Shown here in pieces: positions 57,047-64,000 of a stretch of 64,000 nt of DNA (its first letter is position 1; every line of letters begins with the position of its first letter). The DNA is from Clostridia bacterium. Its GTDB lineage: Bacteria; Bacillota; Clostridia; Monoglobales; Monoglobaceae. Location of the stretch: assembly GCA_045589715.1 (NCBI GenBank), contig JAZNPN010000041.1:9536-73535 (forward strand), given 5' to 3'. Position numbers and translations under genes: made by a program. The notes beneath the pieces were generated by a model. That model saw only the letters and a list, made by a program, of their open reading frames with translations. It was not told the DNA's origin and did not search any database.

Positions 57047-59076
57047 AAGTGGTAATTGAGCAAATCAGAATAACAAATTTCGGTAAATTAAAAGATTTTA
57101 CTCTGGATTTAAAAGACGGCTTTAACCTTATATACGGGAAAAATGAAGCGGGCAAATCCACCATCCAGCTTTTCATAAAAGCAATGCTTTATGGTATGCC
57201 GACCCGCAAAAGGGCAGATGAAACCCTTAAGGAGCGCGAAAGAGCAATCCCGTGGGACGGGAGTAAAGCGGGCGGAGTTTTAAAGTTATCGCTGGGCGGA
57301 AGAAGCATAGAGATACACAGACAATTTGGCAAAACTGCCGCGGGTGATAAATTTGAGGTTTGCGATGCCAAAAGCGGTGAGGTTTTAAACGAGTATACCG
57401 CGGATAATCTGGGCGAAAAGCTCTTTGGGGTATCAGCCGAAGTTTTTGAGAGAACTCTGTTTATAAGGCAAAGCAAAATTTCGACAAATGGCAGATGTGA
57501 TGAGCTGACCGGAAGGCTTATGAACTTAAAGTCAACGGGTGATGAGGGTGTTTCGGCAGAATCTGCTATTGAAACAATAGAAAAAGAAAAGAGAAGTTTA
57601 AAGGCAAAGGATAAAAGGTCTGCAAAGGGCAGAATTGACGAATTAAGCGATAAAATTGAGGAACTCAAGAGAGAAAAATATGACCTTTTGACCCAGCTTA
57701 CTCAGACTGACGCAACTCAAAAGAGAATTGCCGAGCTGAAAGCGGAAATGGCAGAAACCAATGAAAAAATTGATATCTGTGCCGACGCCTTTAACAAAAG
57801 TATAGAATTTGAGAAAAATGCTGCAAAGAGGGAAAGGCTTAAGAGAATTGACGAATGCAACGAAAAAATCAAGTCGCTGAGTCAAAATCCTGATTTTGAA
57901 AAAGGAAAAGGTCTTACCACTGACATAATTAAAGATGTGCAGACGACCGAGAAAAAACTTTTCGAGGCTGAAAACAAGATGCTTAAAGAACTTGATTTTT
58001 CAGCGGCAGAAAAAGAGCTTAAAAGAGAGAAAACATTGGCCGGTGTATTTTTTGCAATTGGTGTGTTTTGGGCCATTGCGGCAATAGTTATGTGCCTTTT
58101 GGCAAGAGTCTTTGCTTTTTTGGCAAGCGCTATAATCGGTATGGTTTTCATTGTTCTTGGAGTAAAAACATTAAATGCTGCAAAGAATAAAAAACAGCAA
58201 ATAAATAATATAAAATATGAAAACGAGAAAATGATGAATGTCAAAGCTGACGAAATAGCGGAATTAAAATCAGCGCTTTCAAATGCTTTTGAACATTTTG
58301 GAGTTAGTGACAGCGAGGGTCTTTTTAGGATTTATACATCATTTCTTGGTATAAAAGAGCAGATTGAAAGTCTTTCTAAGGCCAAAGAGGGATTTTTGGG
58401 ACAGGACAGCTACGATGATTTAAAGAAGGGAGAGGTAACCGAACCTGCTCCCGATAAGACTGCAGCAGAGATTGAAGTAAAGTTATCTGCATTAAGGAGC
58501 AGACAGCTTGAACTTACAGCTGAGATAAAGTCTCTGGAAAGCCGTATGGCGTATGAAACAAAGATAACTAAAATTCCTGCAGATATTGATACTGAGATTC
58601 AGGCGTTAACTGAGGAACTTGAGTTGCTAAAGCGCAGATATTTATCCTGTGAAAAAGCACAGCAAATTATCAAAGAGGCTCAGGATATCTGGAAAGCAGA
58701 AAATATGCCCCAGCTTAATGAAAATGTAGATATGATTATCAGAAAGCTCACCGATGACAAATACCAAAGCGTAAAAGTTTTGAGTGATTACAGAATGCGA
58801 TTTAGCAGGGATGATAATTATTATGATGCAGAATATTTAAGCTTTGGAACATATGAGCAGATATATTTAGCATTGAGGCTTGCTATGGCAAAGCTTATCT
58901 GCGAGGGTTTGCCTGTGTTTTTAGATGATATACTGACAAGCTACGATGATGAGCGCGCAAAGAACGCTATTATGTGTCTTAGTGATATTAAAGATAAACA
59001 AATTGTGTTGTTTACATGTCACAAAAGCGATGCAGAATTTGCAGAGAAAACTGAAGCGTATACATTTAACATATAA
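57043..59076 (+). CDS. SbcC/Rad50-like AAA ATPase (YhaN-like) with a central transmembrane hairpin
   Basis: N-terminal Walker A GKNEAGKST, a long coiled coil, a C-terminal Walker B/D-loop VFLDDILTSYDDERA and two hydrophobic helices at residues about 332-374 (nt 58036-58164). Confidence 0.8.
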   Translation: MKVVIEQIRITNFGKLKDFTLDLKDGFNLIYGKNEAGKSTIQLFIKAMLYGMPTRKRADETLKERERAIPWDGSKAGGVLKLSLGGRSIEIHRQFGKTAAGDKFEVCDAKSGEVLNEYTADNLGEKLFGVSAEVFERTLFIRQSKISTNGRCDELTGRLMNLKSTGDEGVSAESAIETIEKEKRSLKAKDKRSAKGRIDELSDKIEELKREKYDLLTQLTQTDATQKRIAELKAEMAETNEKIDICADAFNKSIEFEKNAAKRERLKRIDECNEKIKSLSQNPDFEKGKGLTTDIIKDVQTTEKKLFEAENKMLKELDFSAAEKELKREKTLAGVFFAIGVFWAIAAIVMCLLARVFAFLASAIIGMVFIVLGVKTLNAAKNKKQQINNIKYENEKMMNVKADEIAELKSALSNAFEHFGVSDSEGLFRIYTSFLGIKEQIESLSKAKEGFLGQDSYDDLKKGEVTEPAPDKTAAEIEVKLSALRSRQLELTAEIKSLESRMAYETKITKIPADIDTEIQALTEELELLKRRYLSCEKAQQIIKEAQDIWKAENMPQLNENVDMIIRKLTDDKYQSVKVLSDYRMRFSRDDNYYDAEYLSFGTYEQIYLALRLAMAKLICEGLPVFLDDILTSYDDERAKNAIMCLSDIKDKQIVLFTCHKSDAEFAEKTEAYTFNI

Positions 59077-59103
59077 AACTGAAAATTGGAAAGGAGTAAT
59101 ATT

Positions 59104-59457
59104 ATGGCAGCAGAGATTAAGAATGAAAAAGGTATGATACGCATTTCAAATGCAGTGCTTGCAAAACTTGCAGGTTATGCAGCAACAAAATGTTATGGAG
59201 TAGTTGGTATGGCGGTTCGTTCAAGCAAGGATGGGATTGCCAAACTTTTGAAAAAAGAAAATATGGATAAGGGCATCAAGGTAAGAGTTTCAGGCGATGT
59301 CATTGATGTTGCGTTGTTTGTTATAATGGAGTACGGAGTAAATGTAGGAACTGTCGGCGACATTATAAAGAGTAATGTCAAATATCAGATTGAAGAAATG
59401 ACAGGACTCAAGGTAGGCTCGGTAACTGTGAATGTGGAGAGCATAAGAGTTAACTAA
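59104..59457 (+). CDS. Asp23/Gls24-family envelope stress protein (YloU-like)
   Basis: IRISNAVLAKLAGYAATKCYGVVGM Asp23 signature. ATG 59104 after AAGGAG is preferred over track TTG 59086. Confidence 0.88.
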   Translation: MAAEIKNEKGMIRISNAVLAKLAGYAATKCYGVVGMAVRSSKDGIAKLLKKENMDKGIKVRVSGDVIDVALFVIMEYGVNVGTVGDIIKSNVKYQIEEMTGLKVGSVTVNVESIRVN

Positions 59458-59496
59458 TCATTAACCTTTAACTTAAAAGAAAGGAAGTTTATATAA

Positions 59497-61119
59497 GTGA
59501 GAACTTTGACAGGTAAAGAAATAAGGCTGATGATTGAGTCGGCGGCAAATAATTTACAAAATAACAAAAAAATGATAAATGATCTGAATGTATTCCCTGT
59601 TCCCGATGGTGATACGGGTACAAATATGGGTCTTACTTTTGGCGCGGCAGCAGCGACAGCGGTTGCTGACACAAGCAAAACTGCAGGTGATATGATAGGT
59701 GTGCTTGCAAAGGCGTCACTAAGAAATGCCAGGGGTAATTCAGGTGTAATTTTGTCCCAGATACTTCGCGGTATTTCAGGGGCTTTAAAGGAAAAGGAAA
59801 CTATTTCGGTTGAAGATTTAAAGAATGCTGCAATCGGTGGCAGAGATACTGCGTATCGTGCAGTAATGAAGCCAACTGAAGGTACAATTCTCACAGTAAT
59901 CCGTGAGGCTGCAGAATTTGCGGAGGAGTCTTTTGAAAGCTATGATGATGCGGCAGAATTTTTCTTTGCAATAATTGAAGCTGCTAAGAAAAGTCTTGCC
60001 AAAACTCCCGAAATCCTGCCCGTTTTAAAGCAGGCGGGCGTTGTGGACGCAGGCGGATGCGGCGTAGTTACCCTTTTGGAAGGTGCGGCAGAGTTCCTCA
60101 AAACAGGCGAGATTATTAAGCTTAAAGAGGGAGGGGAGACCTTTGCTGCAACATCAGCTAAGGCGCAAGCGGCAGATATTGATACTGCGAATATAAGATT
60201 TTGTTATTGCACTGAATTTATCATTCAGAAATCGTCACCTGACCGCCAGACTACGCAGTTTGAGGCGGCAATAAGCCCAAAGGGTGATTGTATGCTTGTT
60301 ATTGATGATGAGGATATTGTAAAAGTACATATCCACACCAACCATCCCGGATTTGTAATCGAACAGGCATTAAAGCTCGGTGAACTTATCAATATCAAGA
60401 TTGATAATATGAAATATCAGCACAGTGAAACCATAGCAGAAGATGCTGAGCCTCAGGAAATGAAAAAATATGGTGTTGTTGCAGTTTCTGCGGGAAGTGG
60501 TCTTGCTGAGGTTATGAAGAGTATCGGCGTTGATATGATTGTTGAGGGCGGACAGACAATGAACCCCAGCACTCAGGACCTTTTGGATGCGACAATGAAG
60601 GTTAACGCCGAGACTGTTTACATTCTTCCAAACAATAAGAATATTATCCTTGCAGCAGAGCAGGTTAACGATATCTGCGACAAGAATGTTGTGGTTATTC
60701 CTACAAAAAATATTCCTCAGGGAATTTCGGCAATGCTCGCTTTTGACCCTGAAACAGATGTTGATGCAAACACAGCGGCTATGAATGAAATGATGTCAAT
60801 GGTTAAATGCGGACAGGTTACATTTGCCGCTCGTGATTCTGCAGTTGGCGGATTTGAAATTCACGAAGGCGATGTTATGGGTATGGTGGGTTCTGATATT
60901 ACCAATATCGGCTCCGACCTTAATGATGTTTCGTTTGAGCTTACTGAAAAAATGATTGATGAGGATACTGCAGTTGTTACAATCTATTATGGCGAGGATA
61001 CTGACGAAGAAACTGCCAATGCTTTGGCGGACAGACTGTCAGAAAGACATAAAGACATAGATTTTTCTGTGATATCGGGAAATCAGCCTGTTTATTATTA
61101 TATGATTGCAGTTGAGTAA
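59497..61119 (+). CDS. DAK2-domain fusion protein (YloV-like)
   Basis: N-terminal Dak2 domain (LNVFPVPDGDTGTNM) and a C-terminal DegV-like/YloV domain. GTG start. It follows the Asp23 gene, the canonical pairing. Confidence 0.88.
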   Translation: MRTLTGKEIRLMIESAANNLQNNKKMINDLNVFPVPDGDTGTNMGLTFGAAAATAVADTSKTAGDMIGVLAKASLRNARGNSGVILSQILRGISGALKEKETISVEDLKNAAIGGRDTAYRAVMKPTEGTILTVIREAAEFAEESFESYDDAAEFFFAIIEAAKKSLAKTPEILPVLKQAGVVDAGGCGVVTLLEGAAEFLKTGEIIKLKEGGETFAATSAKAQAADIDTANIRFCYCTEFIIQKSSPDRQTTQFEAAISPKGDCMLVIDDEDIVKVHIHTNHPGFVIEQALKLGELINIKIDNMKYQHSETIAEDAEPQEMKKYGVVAVSAGSGLAEVMKSIGVDMIVEGGQTMNPSTQDLLDATMKVNAETVYILPNNKNIILAAEQVNDICDKNVVVIPTKNIPQGISAMLAFDPETDVDANTAAMNEMMSMVKCGQVTFAARDSAVGGFEIHEGDVMGMVGSDITNIGSDLNDVSFELTEKMIDEDTAVVTIYYGEDTDEETANALADRLSERHKDIDFSVISGNQPVYYYMIAVE

Positions 61120-61162
61120 GATAAGCATTGTATTCACTTAGTTTGAAAGGTGATGAGGCTTT

Positions 61163-63214
61163 ATGTTAAAGCTTGATACTGATATTCGTTATCTTAAAGG
61201 AATAGGTGAAAAACGCGCCGAGCTTTTTAATAAGCTTGGCGTGTTTAATATCGGTGATTTGATAAGATTTTTGCCGAGAGCCTATGAGGACAGAACTGAT
61301 ATTCGTGAGATATGCGATATTGAAGAGGGCGAGAGTGTTTGTGTGAGGGCTTCCCTTGCAGGGGGTGTCCGTTCTTTTCGTGCCCGTACGGGTTCTAAAG
61401 TTGTGCAGACAAGAGTGTCTGACGGCACGGGTGTTTTAAACCTCACCTGGTTTAACGCCCCCTATGTGGTGGATTCTTTATCAAAAAGCGAATACTTTAC
61501 ATTCTTTGGCAAAGCCAGCCGTAAGGGTATGATTTTTGAAATGATAAATCCTATTATCGAACCCGAAACAAAAATGGGTGAAAAGACGGGTAAAATTATC
61601 CCTATATATCCGTGTACCAAAGGCCTTACCCAGCAGAATATAAGAGTGGCTATAGATGCGGCACTTAAAAATCTTGAAGAACCGATTGCGGATATTATTC
61701 CGGATTACATAAGGGAGAAATACTTGCTCCTGAGTGCAGATAAAGCAATCCGCACAATGCACGCCCCTGAAGAGTTTGGGGCATTTGAAGATGCTCGCAA
61801 AACCCTTGCATTTGAAGAATTTTTAGTTCTTCAAACGGGCGTTGCCTCATCTAAAAGATACAGAAATGGTAAAAAGGCGCCTAAAATCTCTGATGTAAAA
61901 TGTATAGCAGAATTTGCAAAGCAGCTGCCCTTTGAATTGACAACTGCACAAAAAAGAGTTATCAATGAAATATCTGCAGATATAAAAAGCGATGTGCCTA
62001 TGAACAGACTTGTTCAGGGCGATGTAGGTTCAGGAAAAACTGTGGTGGCGGCTGCGGCTATGTATGCAGTTGCAAGGGCGGGCAAAACATCTGTAATGAT
62101 GGCGCCGACAGAGGTTCTTGCAAAGCAGCATTATAACAGCCTGAAGACAATGTTTGATAAATTCAATATAAAGGTTGCATATTTAAGCGGTGGACAAAAG
62201 GCGGCGGACAGGCGTGAAAATCTTAAGCTTATAGAAAGCGGAATGGCTCAGGTTATAGTCGGCACTCATGCCCTTATTACAGGCAAAGTCAAGATTGATA
62301 ATCTTGCTCTTGCGATAGCTGACGAGCAGCATCGCTTCGGGGTAAGGCAAAGGACAGCCTTAACGGGGAACGAAACGGTGCACAACCTTGTTATGACCGC
62401 AACCCCGATTCCCAGAACTCTGTCTCTTATTATGTGCGGCGATTTGGATATTTCGGTGATTGATGAATTGCCTCCGGGAAGAAAGCCTGTTACCACAATG
62501 GCGATAGGTGAAAACAAACGCCGCGCAGCAGAACAATTTATTTTAGAAAAGCTTAAAGAGGGTAGACAAGCGTATTTTATATGTCCCCTCGTTGAAGAGT
62601 CTGAGGCAATAGATGCAAATGCCGTAGAGGAGTATTTAAAGGAACTTAAAAAAGGTGCATATAAAGACAGAAAGATAGAAGCACTCCACGGCAGAATGAA
62701 GCCTTCTGAAAAAGATGATATAATGCTGCGTTTTGCAGATGGAAAGATAGAGGCTCTTGTCGCAACCACAGTTGTTGAAGTCGGCGTTGATGTTCCAAAC
62801 AGCACAATAATGGTAATTGAAAACGCAGAGCGGTTTGGCTTATCTCAGCTTCATCAGCTAAGGGGCAGAGTGGGCAGGGGCGAGCATCAGTCATACTGCA
62901 TTATGTTCTGCAAAACAAACAGCGAAACCGCACGGGAGCGAATGAAGATAATGTGCGAAACAAACGATGGATTTAAGATTTCGGAGAAGGATTTAGAACT
63001 TCGCGGACCGGGTGAATTTTTGGGGACAAGACAACACGGAATGCCGACTATGAAGGTGGGCGACCTTGCAAATGATATGCAGATTTTAAGAGATGCTCAT
63101 GATGCGGCACTTGATATACTTAAAAATGACCCTGACCTATTAAGCCTGCAAAATAGTAATCTTAAGGCAAAAATTCAGGAAAACATTGATAAATTGGGGG
63201 GAGTTTTAAACTAG
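61163..63214 (+). CDS. recG: ATP-dependent DNA helicase RecG
   Basis: Wedge OB domain followed by SF2 motifs GDVGSGKTVVA, DEQHRFGV and QLHQLRGRVGRG. Confidence 0.96.
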   Translation: MLKLDTDIRYLKGIGEKRAELFNKLGVFNIGDLIRFLPRAYEDRTDIREICDIEEGESVCVRASLAGGVRSFRARTGSKVVQTRVSDGTGVLNLTWFNAPYVVDSLSKSEYFTFFGKASRKGMIFEMINPIIEPETKMGEKTGKIIPIYPCTKGLTQQNIRVAIDAALKNLEEPIADIIPDYIREKYLLLSADKAIRTMHAPEEFGAFEDARKTLAFEEFLVLQTGVASSKRYRNGKKAPKISDVKCIAEFAKQLPFELTTAQKRVINEISADIKSDVPMNRLVQGDVGSGKTVVAAAAMYAVARAGKTSVMMAPTEVLAKQHYNSLKTMFDKFNIKVAYLSGGQKAADRRENLKLIESGMAQVIVGTHALITGKVKIDNLALAIADEQHRFGVRQRTALTGNETVHNLVMTATPIPRTLSLIMCGDLDISVIDELPPGRKPVTTMAIGENKRRAAEQFILEKLKEGRQAYFICPLVEESEAIDANAVEEYLKELKKGAYKDRKIEALHGRMKPSEKDDIMLRFADGKIEALVATTVVEVGVDVPNSTIMVIENAERFGLSQLHQLRGRVGRGEHQSYCIMFCKTNSETARERMKIMCETNDGFKISEKDLELRGPGEFLGTRQHGMPTMKVGDLANDMQILRDAHDAALDILKNDPDLLSLQNSNLKAKIQENIDKLGGVLN

Positions 63215-63335
63215 CTGAATAAAATAATCCGCCTCTAAAATCGAAGCTTAGATTGTTTTGCTTCCGCTAATTTGTAACCAAAAAAGATATTCAGAATATA
63301 CTGATAACAGAAATGGCTGTGGAGGTGATTCTGAA

Positions 63336-63506
63336 ATGTTTAGAAGAAATTGCGGGTGCAATAAAAAAGGTTGCTCATTTGGCTCATTGCTGATTGCAGC
63401 AGGTGTCGGGATATTGATAGCGTACATAATTCCGTATTATCTTCTGATAATTCTTCTGGGAATTGCCTTTGTGGCGGCAGGCATATGGCTTGTCGGCAAA
63501 TCTTAA
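63336..63506 (+). CDS. Small (56 aa) Cys-rich membrane protein, unknown function
   Basis: ATG 63336 lies 8 nt after GGAGGTG. The sequence is MFRRNCGCNKKGCSF followed by two TM helices. The track start at 63258 (TTG) adds 26 residues with no RBS. Confidence 0.55.
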   Translation: MFRRNCGCNKKGCSFGSLLIAAGVGILIAYIIPYYLLIILLGIAFVAAGIWLVGKS

Positions 63507-63528
63507 ATCAGCGGAAAGAGGTATTTTT

Positions 63529-63618
63529 ATGCAGGTTGTTGTGGTGAGAGCACCTAAGATGCTAAGAGGTTTACTCAGAATTATGTTTAAAATGAAGAAA
63601 CCGGAAAGAAATGAATAA
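63529..63618 (+). CDS. spoVM: SpoVM-like 29-aa sporulation peptide (not in the ORF track)
   Basis: AAAGAGG RBS lies 7 nt upstream. MQVVVVRAPKMLRGLLRIMFKMKKPERNE aligns without gaps to Bacillus SpoVM MKFYTIKLPKFLGGIVRAMLGSFRKD (shared M1, P9, K10, L12, G14, R17, M19). Confidence 0.6.
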   Translation: MQVVVVRAPKMLRGLLRIMFKMKKPERNE

Positions 63619-64000
63619 AACAAATCATCACCCCATAATTATTATAGGGGTGATGATTTTGTTTATATGGCTAAAAAAACGAACACTTATATATTTCTTT
63701 TGCATTTTATTGGCAATCTCGCTTGTGGTTATATGTGCATCTGTAAAAGAGGCAAAAGATGATGTAACTGCACCCGATACTGAGCCGGTGACTTTGCCAC
63801 TTTCAAACAGAACAATCCTTATAGATGCGGGGCATGGAGGCTTTGATGCAGGTGCATCGGTCGGGGCGGTATTAGAAAAGGATATAAATTTAAGTGTATC
63901 TTTAAAACTTAAGGAATGTCTTGAAGAGGTCGGGGCAACAGTGGTTATGACAAGAGATAAGGATATTTCCACCAAGGACGAAAGCCGAACCGATGGGACA
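63611..64000 (+). CDS. cwlD: N-acetylmuramoyl-L-alanine amidase, CwlD-like (5' part; gene runs off the right edge)
   Basis: Frame is open to the window end. A hydrophobic N-terminus is followed by ILIDAGHGGFDAGASVGAVLEKDINLSVSLKLKECLEEVGATVVMTRDKD (Amidase_3). ATG 63611 overlaps the spoVM stop by 8 nt; ATG 63653 is an alternative start. Confidence 0.7.
   Translation, partial: MNKTNHHPIIIIGVMILFIWLKKRTLIYFFCILLAISLVVICASVKEAKDDVTAPDTEPVTLPLSNRTILIDAGHGGFDAGASVGAVLEKDINLSVSLKLKECLEEVGATVVMTRDKDISTKDESRTDGT

Noticed and set aside
63628-63975. 115-aa minus-strand ORF at the right edge
   Set aside because: The plus strand encodes an Amidase_3 (CwlD-like) domain with the DAGHGG motif in an open frame running to the window end. 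The minus ORF is its antisense shadow.

Overview
This 64-kb chromosomal segment comes from a low-GC, endospore-forming Firmicute that looks Clostridia-like. The evidence is a split transketolase, no spo0B between rpmA and obg, and the presence of spoIIE, yabP-yabQ-divIC-yabR, bofA, a SASP gene, a spoVM-like micro-ORF and cwlD. I support about 60 CDS, 2 tRNAs, 1 candidate 6S-type RNA and many sigma-A-type promoters and intrinsic terminators that I read by eye. The main gene blocks are: mfd-pth-comFC; the glycogen operon glgBCDAP; a polar amino-acid ABC transporter; gap; rluB; a Na+-translocating biotin decarboxylase cluster; pgi; thrC; DUF1385-prmC; rplU-rpmA-obg; cysE-cysS-mrnC; tkt; uvrBA; spoIIE; rsmD-coaD; mecA; yebC; an SbcD/YhaN-like nuclease pair; asp23-yloV-recG. 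I found no mobile element, CRISPR array, prophage or obvious foreign island, so this is mostly conserved housekeeping and sporulation DNA. I do not see a clear-cut novel multi-gene system. The items most worth a second look are listed here. (1) An unannotated structured RNA of about 205 nt, with its own promoter and terminator, lies between rsmD and mecA and looks like 6S RNA. (2) An unannotated 29-codon spoVM-like ORF overlaps the start of cwlD. (3) A decarboxylase cluster carries both a 12S-type and a biotin-domain-less 5S-type carboxyltransferase around one BCCP and one Na+ pump subunit. (4) bofA is divergently paired with an orphan membrane-anchored HlyD-like protein at the position where Bacillus has spoIVFA-spoIVFB, upstream of rplU. 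(5) An SbcC/Rad50-like ATPase has a transmembrane hairpin in the middle of its coiled coil. All coordinates for promoters, terminators and start-codon revisions were derived by manual reading. Homology calls rest on recognised motifs, not on database searches.
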